This document shows, one piece after another, positions 8,337 through 15,272 of a stretch of DNA of 64,000 nucleotides. This stretch comes from a virus. Position 1 is the first letter of the stretch. Each line of letters begins with the position of its first letter. Under the pieces are notes generated by a model, which was given only the letters and a program-made list of their open reading frames with translations, ran no database searches and was not told the DNA's origin. The DNA lies in IMG/VR virus record IMGVR_UViG_3300019888_000002, positions 32,001 through 96,000 of that record; one strand, given 5' to 3'. Position numbers and translations under genes: made by a program.

Positions 8337-10526
8337 CTATGCGCGACGGGCCTTGCCGAAAGACTCTGCCCTCACAGCCAGCTCGGGGAAGTCCTTACTG
8401 GCCTGTTGGCGCATGGACTCGTACCCCATGCTCCGGCGCAATGCCCGCAGAACATCGTTGACGGCATCGGCGAGGAACTGCGAGGTGCCCGAGACGATCG
8501 TGGAGCCCGCCTGCCGCAGGTACCAGTCCCAACCGTTGTCCCCGGAATTGATGCCCATGCTGCGAAGCTGGTTGTCCGGGCTGCTGTACCAATGCTCGGT
8601 GTGATAACCCTCGGCCACACCCTCGGAGTACTGCCACCCGTTGTCGATGAGCCAGCGGTCGACGTTGTTCGGGTCCGGCACCACCCAGGCATAGTCCTCG
8701 GCCGTCTTGCGCAGCTCGGGGAAGTCCTTCATGGCCTGCCGCAATTCCGGGAAGTCCCGCGCTGCCACCGTCGGGTCGAGCGGCTCAGCGTCGTCCTTCA
8801 TCTCTTGCTCGTTGGTACCCGAGAGCGGAGGGTCGACCTTCTTCGGCGGGTTGTCGGCCTGTTTGCGGCGAGACTGCTTCCAAACCGGATGTCCGGCCCA
8901 CGATTCGAAGTCGAGCGGATGACTGCCTCCGGCTTCCTGAAGGCCACCGAGCGAAAGAGTGCGCTTGGCGATCCATGAGGCATACCCTTCGGCCACATCC
9001 GAATCCACCCCCTGGTCGATAGCCCAGTCGAAAGCGTGCTGGAAGGCGAACTGCGACTCCTCCCACAGCTCGGGAGACACATCGTCCTTGCTGGTGCCGC
9101 CTTCTTCCCCGATTCCGAAGACAGCCAGCTTCTTCCGGGCTGCGGCACGCTCCGAAGTGTTGTCGGACTTGCACTGCTCGAGCAGTTCGGCGACCTCTTC
9201 CCAGCTCAGTCCACCGGGCTGGATGGCTTCCTTGCGTTTTCCGTGGAAATGCGGGTTGGAACCGACCGGTTCCCCGGTGCTGGGCACAATGCGCGGGCTG
9301 CTGAGCACCTGCTCGGCGAAAGCTCGAGCCTCGGCGGCGGTGTTGAACTCACGACCCTCGGAGTCACCCGAAAGGGGTTCCACATAAACCGTGAACCCTT
9401 CACCAGTGGACCCGATCTCATAACTACCCCGGTCGTCCGAATGAGATTCGGCCGTCTTGCGAGCCGCCGTACGCGGGTTGCGGTAACCGTTCTGCCACGC
9501 CATCCGAGTGGCCGAATCCAGGGCCGGAAGTAAAACGGACTCATCGGTCTCGGAGGCATATGCCTGAGCCAAGAGTGCCAAATCGACCCGATCGATCACG
9601 TTCTGAGTCAGGATCGTGCCTCGGCGTGACTCCCACGATCCGCCGTTCAGTTCGGGCGCAGGGGCGAGGCCGGAAGGATCACCGGCCGTCTTGCGACTCG
9701 AATACAGCTCCGGGAAATCCTTGCGCAGCTGCTCCTCGGTACCCCGGTCGTAACCCTTGGTGAAATCCTCCATGATGGACTGATTCGCAGGGTCACCCAC
9801 CGGTCGGCTCTTCATGCCGTCGTTGACCACGTTGTTGAGCGAGGGAGCCCGCATATCGCCCCGGCCGTGCGCGGCATAACCTTCGTCTTCGTAGATGCTG
9901 GCTCGCCGGTCGCTGTCCTTGGCGAAGTCGGCACGCTCGACCTCGGCGACATCGCGTTCCCGCTCCCACAGGTACCCGTCGAAGTCGTCCTTGGGGATCA
10001 GTGGTCCCCCGTCGATCGGCCCGGTGCTGTCAGCCTGCTTACGACGAGCAGTCAAAGACCAAAGCTTGTCGACCACCCTTTGTAGATCGACAGTCTCGAT
10101 GACCTGCTTGGTCTTGTCGCTGCCCTTCTCGTAAGCCTGGAGAAGAAGGTTGGCAGTGTTGATATCGACCAAGAGCCCGTCGATGTTCTGGTGACCCTGA
10201 GTCTCGACAATGGAACGAATCGTGTCGATCCGACTGGACTGCTTCTCAACACTTCTTGCGAAGTCCGGCTTCTGAGAGGCCACCACCCGGCGCATCACCC
10301 CCGGCTTGGGCATGAGGAACTCGGCAACCCTCTTCATCATGTCGGACTTGACCAGCGCTATCCGGTCGGTGAAATCGTCCTTGTCCTTGGCGGCACCGAG
10401 GAAGGTCCCGAAGTCCTCGGACACGGCGTGAATCGCTCGTTCCAGAACCTGGTTCGCATCTCGTGCGGCGATCCGCTGTTCGCCCTCGTTTGTGTCGAGA
10501 GCATCGAAAACTCCGAAAACACTCAT
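8337..10526 (-). CDS. Large modular acidic protein, probably virion-associated (729 aa)
   Basis: Long ORF with SD GGAAGGA; repeated RKTA/RKQA and DFPEL motifs; head-module location. Confidence 0.7.
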   Translation of the reverse strand: MSVFGVFDALDTNEGEQRIAARDANQVLERAIHAVSEDFGTFLGAAKDKDDFTDRIALVKSDMMKRVAEFLMPKPGVMRRVVASQKPDFARSVEKQSSRIDTIRSIVETQGHQNIDGLLVDINTANLLLQAYEKGSDKTKQVIETVDLQRVVDKLWSLTARRKQADSTGPIDGGPLIPKDDFDGYLWERERDVAEVERADFAKDSDRRASIYEDEGYAAHGRGDMRAPSLNNVVNDGMKSRPVGDPANQSIMEDFTKGYDRGTEEQLRKDFPELYSSRKTAGDPSGLAPAPELNGGSWESRRGTILTQNVIDRVDLALLAQAYASETDESVLLPALDSATRMAWQNGYRNPRTAARKTAESHSDDRGSYEIGSTGEGFTVYVEPLSGDSEGREFNTAAEARAFAEQVLSSPRIVPSTGEPVGSNPHFHGKRKEAIQPGGLSWEEVAELLEQCKSDNTSERAAARKKLAVFGIGEEGGTSKDDVSPELWEESQFAFQHAFDWAIDQGVDSDVAEGYASWIAKRTLSLGGLQEAGGSHPLDFESWAGHPVWKQSRRKQADNPPKKVDPPLSGTNEQEMKDDAEPLDPTVAARDFPELRQAMKDFPELRKTAEDYAWVVPDPNNVDRWLIDNGWQYSEGVAEGYHTEHWYSSPDNQLRSMGINSGDNGWDWYLRQAGSTIVSGTSQFLADAVNDVLRALRRSMGYESMRQQASKDFPELAVRAESFGKARRA

Positions 10527-10600
10527 TGCCGTGGCTGTCCTTCCAGTCCAGGAATTGTCACTCTTTCCCTGTCCTGACCCAGAACATCACAGCATCGGGC

Positions 10601-10960
10601 TCAGCCTCGGCGTCCGGCCGGTGGCATCAGGCGATCTCCGAGCATCCGACCGGACCAACTGTTCGGTCGCTCGAGCCGAGCCCGGTGTGCCGCCACAGCA
10701 CCGAAGAGCACACACATCAGGGCAGTGGTCAGGGCTGTGTCCCGGCCGAGCACGGCATAGTCGACAGTCCACATGGCATAGAGAAGGCAGAGGGCCGACC
10801 ACAACCTGGCCCGCTCGATTCCGGCACAGAACCCCAGGCGGCAGAAGAGAACGAGAGTGACAGTCGTGAGAATGCCGGTCCCGACCCATGCCGATGCCGA
10901 GGTCGCACTAGACATTGGGTACCACCCACCCAGTGTGCGCTGCATCACAGAATCTGCCAA
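10601..10960 (-). CDS. Membrane protein (2-3 TM)
   Basis: Hydrophobic segments in a 119-aa ORF; contiguous with two other membrane ORFs. Confidence 0.5.
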   Translation of the reverse strand: MADSVMQRTLGGWYPMSSATSASAWVGTGILTTVTLVLFCRLGFCAGIERARLWSALCLLYAMWTVDYAVLGRDTALTTALMCVLFGAVAAHRARLERPNSWSGRMLGDRLMPPAGRRG

Positions 10961-10967
10961 GAGGACC

Positions 10968-11477
10968 CTACTTCGCTCCGCACTTCGGTTCCGGTAGGGG
11001 ATTGTCCTTGCGTATCTGTTCGTTCATCGCGCGTTTCGTATCGGTAGCACCCACCTGAGCGTTGTAGTCCTCGATCAGTTTGCGTGACTGAGCGGCACCC
11101 TCCTCGCGCGAAATATTCTGCGGAATCGACAAGAGCTTGACGAACAGGTCCGCCAGCGATTTACGGTCACTCGTGGCCAGCATCTCGTTGTCCTGCGACA
11201 CCGACGACCGCACCTTCAGCGTGGAGTTGAACTCGGCATTGCACGCTTCCTGACGGCGAGCCTGAAGAGCCGTGATGCCCACTGCGAAGATCGAGGTCAC
11301 CAGCATCAGGATCACGATGAGCGTGAAGTTCTTCGAATTCCGATCGATAAAAGGAACAGTGACCGCCTTTCCGTGTATGTGAACTTTCCCGGAAGAAAAT
11401 ACAATTCCGATGACGATCCCGACTCCCACCGAAACCCCGTAACGAACCAATGCCAATAGAATTTCACTCACACTCAC
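10968..11477 (-). CDS. Membrane protein (2 TM plus helical ectodomain), paralogue of 18062..18667
   Basis: TM segments followed by QEACNAEF...NPLPEPKC. Confidence 0.7.
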   Translation of the reverse strand: MSVSEILLALVRYGVSVGVGIVIGIVFSSGKVHIHGKAVTVPFIDRNSKNFTLIVILMLVTSIFAVGITALQARRQEACNAEFNSTLKVRSSVSQDNEMLATSDRKSLADLFVKLLSIPQNISREEGAAQSRKLIEDYNAQVGATDTKRAMNEQIRKDNPLPEPKCGAK

Positions 11478-11734
11478 GGAGTCGTCCCTTCTCTCTCTGT
11501 CGTTCTGTTTCCGGGACCATTGTCGTTATTCGGTGGTTTGGTCAACCGTTGCTGCGCCACAAAGAACGCAGTGACCAGGGCAATCATGGTCTCGTTCAAC
11601 CCCGTGGGTGCGTGGTACTCCGGCTTGAAGATCTCAGCACTCAACGAGGCCAACCACCCCAGAACGAAAACCACCAAAACCGAAGTGATGACCCACGGCG
11701 GGATTCCCCCTATGGTGTTCTTCTGAGACGCCAC
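11474..11734 (-). CDS. Small 2-TM membrane protein (holin-like)
   Basis: PWVITSVLVVFVLGWLASL / TMIALVTAFFV; charged C-tail. Confidence 0.6.
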   Translation of the reverse strand: MASQKNTIGGIPPWVITSVLVVFVLGWLASLSAEIFKPEYHAPTGLNETMIALVTAFFVAQQRLTKPPNNDNGPGNRTTEREGTTP

Positions 11735-11809
11735 AATCGTCCGCCCCTTCGTTAACCCTGGGCCACAACGGCCGGGATTGCTGCTTGTTCCGTAATCCCA
11801 CTTGCATTG

Positions 11810-12373
11810 TCAGCCATACAGCAAGGCGTCGTCGAATTCGGTCCGAACCTGCGCCTCACGCACAACCGGACCCTGCGGCCGAACTGCTTCGGCAACCTTT
11901 TCCCGGAAACATGCCACGATCGGCTCCGCTTCCTCGACCGGAAGTCCGGAGACATGACGTTCGGCATATCGGACGGCACGGAGATCGAGTTCGTCGCCGT
12001 TGCTCACGGCATCGGCATTGTCGGTGACGAACGCGCTCACACGGGTGGCCACAAACTCTCGGCCCCGGGCCGAGAGCGGTCCGGTGGCGGCGGTGCGCTC
12101 GGGGACCTCTTCGAGCCCGGCCCCGATGGTGGCGATCTTGGCGAAATTCGCCATCTGGATCAGTTCCGTCTCGAGTTCGGCCGCCAAACAGATGGCCTGA
12201 TCGGTGCCGAGCTGCTTGGCCTGATGCAGGATCGCCTCCAGGAAACGTCTGCGAGCCGTGATCGATGCCTCGGTGCCGTCGAACCAGGTCTCGGCGGCAT
12301 CGTTGAGCGCGGCGACCTTCTGGGAAAGAGACTCGGCTCGCTGCTCGACAAGATGGGAGCGGGGAGAAAACAT
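11810..12373 (-). CDS. Hypothetical protein (187 aa)
   Basis: SD CAGGAGG; helical, Ala/Glu-rich. Confidence 0.7.
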   Translation of the reverse strand: MFSPRSHLVEQRAESLSQKVAALNDAAETWFDGTEASITARRRFLEAILHQAKQLGTDQAICLAAELETELIQMANFAKIATIGAGLEEVPERTAATGPLSARGREFVATRVSAFVTDNADAVSNGDELDLRAVRYAERHVSGLPVEEAEPIVACFREKVAEAVRPQGPVVREAQVRTEFDDALLYG

Positions 12374-12436
12374 GATCGTGGCCTCCTGAAGGGTGTGTCA
12401 CCTATTCCATCGGCAAGAAGGCAACATCACACCATC

Positions 12437-12616
12437 TCAGGTGTAATTGCGAAGCAACCGTTCCACCTCTTCGATCTCCTTCAGCAGACTGGTCCATTCG
12501 TCTCCCTGGCCGCTCACCCAGTATGACTGCATATCCGACTTCTCCTGGAGCAAGTCGGCGAGCACAGCCAGCAATTCGGTCTCACTCTTGTCCTGATACA
12601 GACTCACTGTCTTCAT
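12437..12616 (-). CDS. Small hypothetical protein (59 aa, below track cutoff)
   Basis: Hand-translated MKTVSLYQDKSETELLAVLADLLQEK...RNYT with SD GGGAAAGGG. Confidence 0.45.
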   Translation of the reverse strand: MKTVSLYQDKSETELLAVLADLLQEKSDMQSYWVSGQGDEWTSLLKEIEEVERLLRNYT

Positions 12617-12878
12617 CCCTTTCCCCCTCCAGAATGGCTTGTGCCGTCATCGGACCCAACACGGACGCAAGTATCGGTTGGTGATCTACGCGGGTCTCCA
12701 CGAGGCACAGGGAGCGAATGAGAGTGATAGGAACCTTGACGACCTCGAGGCGGCCGGTACGAATACGCCACGACCGGATGTAATCCCGATTGGCCTGGGT
12801 ACATGACTCACACGCCCAGCCTCGAAGCTTCATCTCCTTCTGGAACTGAGCCGTCGTGCCGTGCGCGACCTGTTCCAC
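12582..12878 (-). CDS. Small Cys/His protein (HGT..C.C motif)
   Basis: GTG start with SD AGGAG; AHGTTAQFQKEMKLRGWACESCTQANRDY. Confidence 0.6.
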   Translation of the reverse strand: MEQVAHGTTAQFQKEMKLRGWACESCTQANRDYIRSWRIRTGRLEVVKVPITLIRSLCLVETRVDHQPILASVLGPMTAQAILEGERDEDSESVSGQE

Positions 12879-12888
12879 AGAGACTCCT

Positions 12889-12922
12889 ATCCCGGACCCT
12901 TTCGTACTTTCAGGTCCGGGAT
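12889..12922 (-). terminator. Hairpin terminator candidate
   Basis: atcccggacc / ggtccgggat 10-bp inverted repeat after the stop at 12947. Confidence 0.5.
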
Positions 12923-12946
12923 CGGAAGATATTCCATTGTCGAGAC

Positions 12947-13264
12947 TCAGGAACGGTCCTGAGCAGCGCGGTAGGCGTCCTCGAACTGCACGACGCCCCG
13001 CGCGTCTTCCATCTGACGGTCGAGTTCGGCCTCTTCCCAGCCCGCGTTCTCCGCGTGTCGAAGCCAAGCGTTCTCGGCCCAGATTTCTCCGGCCTGCTGA
13101 GCAGCCCATTCTTCGAGCTGACCGACCTCTTCGTGGCTACGGATGCCGCCCTCGCGGGAGTAGCACAGACGAACCTGAGCGACGGAATCGTGGTGGTGGG
13201 CCATGCCCTCCAGCTCTACCGCGAAGTGCTGGTGGCACTTGTTGCCGCAACGTACGTCGGACAT
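12947..13264 (-). CDS. Early hypothetical protein with RCG..HH..VA.V..C motif
   Basis: Own promoter and SD GAAAGGAACCCCCACC. Confidence 0.75.
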   Translation of the reverse strand: MSDVRCGNKCHQHFAVELEGMAHHHDSVAQVRLCYSREGGIRSHEEVGQLEEWAAQQAGEIWAENAWLRHAENAGWEEAELDRQMEDARGVVQFEDAYRAAQDRS

Positions 13265-13350
13265 GGTGGGGGTTCCTTTCGAATGATCTTGCCTTGTTCC
13301 TGTACTAACACTGTACCACGGCTGCGCCGAAGCGCAACCGTGGCTGTCAA
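13265..13350 (-). promoter_or_regulatory. Sigma-A-like promoter with GTAC-N7-GTAC motif, overlapping a 12-bp cUUCGg hairpin (13316..13343)
   Basis: -35 TTGCGC, 16 nt, -10 TACAGT; gtac at 13302 and 13313. Confidence 0.7.
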
Positions 13351-13354
13351 GAGA

Positions 13355-13528
13355 TCAGGAACGCATCTCCAGCTCGAAGATCGCGTCGGCCCAGTCGTCC
13401 ATCTGCCGCTCCTCGATGGAACGAACCGGCCGGACCAGCTGGCAGACCTTGGTCTGAGCGACCGTGTCGTGGTGGGCGTGGGGACCGGCGTTGAGGGCCA
13501 TGTGGACTCGGTTTCCGCAGCGGATCAT
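13355..13528 (-). CDS. Small early protein, paralogue of 12947..13264
   Basis: MIRCGNRVH...HAHHDTVAQTKVC; SD GAAAGGAACTCCCC. Confidence 0.7.
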   Translation of the reverse strand: MIRCGNRVHMALNAGPHAHHDTVAQTKVCQLVRPVRSIEERQMDDWADAIFELEMRS

Positions 13529-13600
13529 GGGGAGTTCCTTTCTCGGGTCTTGCTCTTTGCTTGTACTAATACTGTACCTCAAGATTCCTCGGTCCGCAAC
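13529..13600 (-). promoter_or_regulatory. Sigma-A-like promoter with GTAC-N7-GTAC
   Basis: TTGCGG-17-TACAGT; gtac at 13563 and 13574. Confidence 0.75.
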
Positions 13601-13623
13601 CCCCGAATCGCGACGATCGAGAA

Positions 13624-13643
13624 GGTGGGGCCGAAGCCCCACC
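13624..13643 (-). terminator. Terminator hairpin GGTGGGGC-TTCG-GCCCCACC
   Basis: 8-bp GC stem with cUUCGg loop just after the stop at 13650. Confidence 0.6.
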
Positions 13644-13649
13644 CCGAGA

Positions 13650-14006
13650 TCAGCAGAGCGTGGAGATCACGCTCGAGTCGAGCAGGCCCAGGCCCTTGGC
13701 GAAGACGCCCTCCCGCTTGGCCATGGCGATGAGATCGCCCTTGAGCTGACCCTTGCGGAACTGGTGAACCGGAAGGTCGACCGTGACCTTCGTGCCGTCC
13801 TTCAGCTCGCCGTAGCAGTAGCTGAGGTCCCAATACGGGAAGCCGGGATCGGTCAGGAGGCGAAGCCGGACGACGCGGGCAAGACGCGGATCGTTCAGGG
13901 AAACCCGCTGGCTGCGGTCGATGTTCTCGCGGAAGTCGTGCCAGTGCTCGGTCATCCCGTTGGTCTCGTAGACACCGTAGGTCTGGAGTGCGTCCTGGTT
14001 GATCAT
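13650..14006 (-). CDS. Early hypothetical protein (118 aa)
   Basis: RVVRLRLLTDPGFPYWDLSYCYGEL; strong SD and own promoter. Confidence 0.75.
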   Translation of the reverse strand: MINQDALQTYGVYETNGMTEHWHDFRENIDRSQRVSLNDPRLARVVRLRLLTDPGFPYWDLSYCYGELKDGTKVTVDLPVHQFRKGQLKGDLIAMAKREGVFAKGLGLLDSSVISTLC

Positions 14007-14080
14007 GGGAGGTTCCTTTCGTGGGTCCTGCTCTGTGCCTGTACTAGAACCATACCATAACTGTACTAGGCACGCAACAC
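14007..14080 (-). promoter_or_regulatory. Sigma-A-like promoter with three phased GTAC half-sites
   Basis: TTGCGT-17-TATGGT; gtac 14041, atac 14052, gtac 14063. Confidence 0.7.
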
Positions 14081-14092
14081 CCCCGGGTCACC

Positions 14093-14818
14093 TCAGCTGT
14101 CGATCAACGGGAAGACATATTCCTCTGACCCCCAGCGTAAAACGATTCGGTCGAAGGTGATCTCTCCCGGGGGTGCCAGCTCCTCGATCGAACCGTCGTA
14201 CTTTGCTGTGAGATGGGGCAGCCATGGCTCGTGCTGCTCAGGAAGAGGCCGGGGGCCGAAGACGGAGACCGTGTGGTTGACGATCTCTTTGAGTGGAGTG
14301 AGCAGAGTGGAGTCGCTGACCAGATAGACAGCACAGGGTTCTTCGGAGGTGGGGTTGAACATGGCATGAGCGAAAAGCTTGGCCGTGATCGTCGGATACA
14401 TCTCCAGCTCGGCATCGAGCCCGGTGAGCAGCTCTCTACACGAGAGCGCGGTGACGTCGGAACCGAAGAAATAGAGCGTGACGTGAAGATCTTCGACCGG
14501 TTCCCCGCCCTCGACGGCATAGTAACGGGCATCCTCGATCCGGGGTATGAGCGCCAACATCCCACCGGTCTTCTTACTCTGCTCGGCGTCGGCAAGATGT
14601 AGCTGTGGTGTGGTCATGAACCCAGTGTCTCTCAGCATCGGAGGATTGGGCTCGAGATCGACATCCTGGGGATAGCCCCCGTGCTCCACGACCCACCCGA
14701 TGATCAGCTCCGCGCGGCGCTCGAAATCGATGCGTTCGTGCTCGGTCAAAGGCTGTTGCGGACAACAGGCTTCACATTGATGAAGGAAAATGGCGAGACG
14801 TCTTTGTAAGTCCGACAT
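14093..14818 (-). CDS. 2H phosphoesterase (2'-5' RNA ligase-like)
   Basis: Two HxT motifs, DLHVTLYF and WLPHLTAKY; preceded by GGMLALIP. Confidence 0.8.
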   Translation of the reverse strand: MSDLQRRLAIFLHQCEACCPQQPLTEHERIDFERRAELIIGWVVEHGGYPQDVDLEPNPPMLRDTGFMTTPQLHLADAEQSKKTGGMLALIPRIEDARYYAVEGGEPVEDLHVTLYFFGSDVTALSCRELLTGLDAELEMYPTITAKLFAHAMFNPTSEEPCAVYLVSDSTLLTPLKEIVNHTVSVFGPRPLPEQHEPWLPHLTAKYDGSIEELAPPGEITFDRIVLRWGSEEYVFPLIDS

Positions 14819-15020
14819 AGCCTCAGCTCGGCGAAGCGGTCCGGGTCCTGATCCTGAGCAGAATGTCCATCGGTTTCACCCCGAGAGTGGCACAAAGTTC
14901 GGATACGGCCTGTTTGTAAAGATCGTGCTCAGCGGATAATTCGTCCAATCGGCGGACACACCAGGCGATGGAACCCGAAGACGAACCGGCGTCTCTGTCG
15001 CTACCACACATGACACAGCC

Positions 15021-15215
15021 CTATGAGATCTCGACCAAGGCGAAAGCTGTCCTGGGATCAAGGCCCAGCATGAGGAAGGATTCCTCGGCCTCCTCCCGAG
15101 TCTTGGAATGAGCACAGACGGTACGGATGGCCTGGCGTTCCTGTTCGGTGGTGGTGGTGGCAGGGTCCACCTCTTCGATCTGATCGGCCAAGACACGATA
15201 CGACATTTGTACCAA
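15021..15215 (-). CDS. Small hypothetical protein
   Basis: 64-aa ORF between terminase and 2H gene. Confidence 0.5.
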   Translation of the reverse strand: MVQMSYRVLADQIEEVDPATTTTEQERQAIRTVCAHSKTREEAEESFLMLGLDPRTAFALVEIS

Positions 15216-15272
15216 ACCCTTTCTCCGCTAGGAACTTTCTCTAAGGTAACTCTGCCGCAAGGACTTCGGGGA

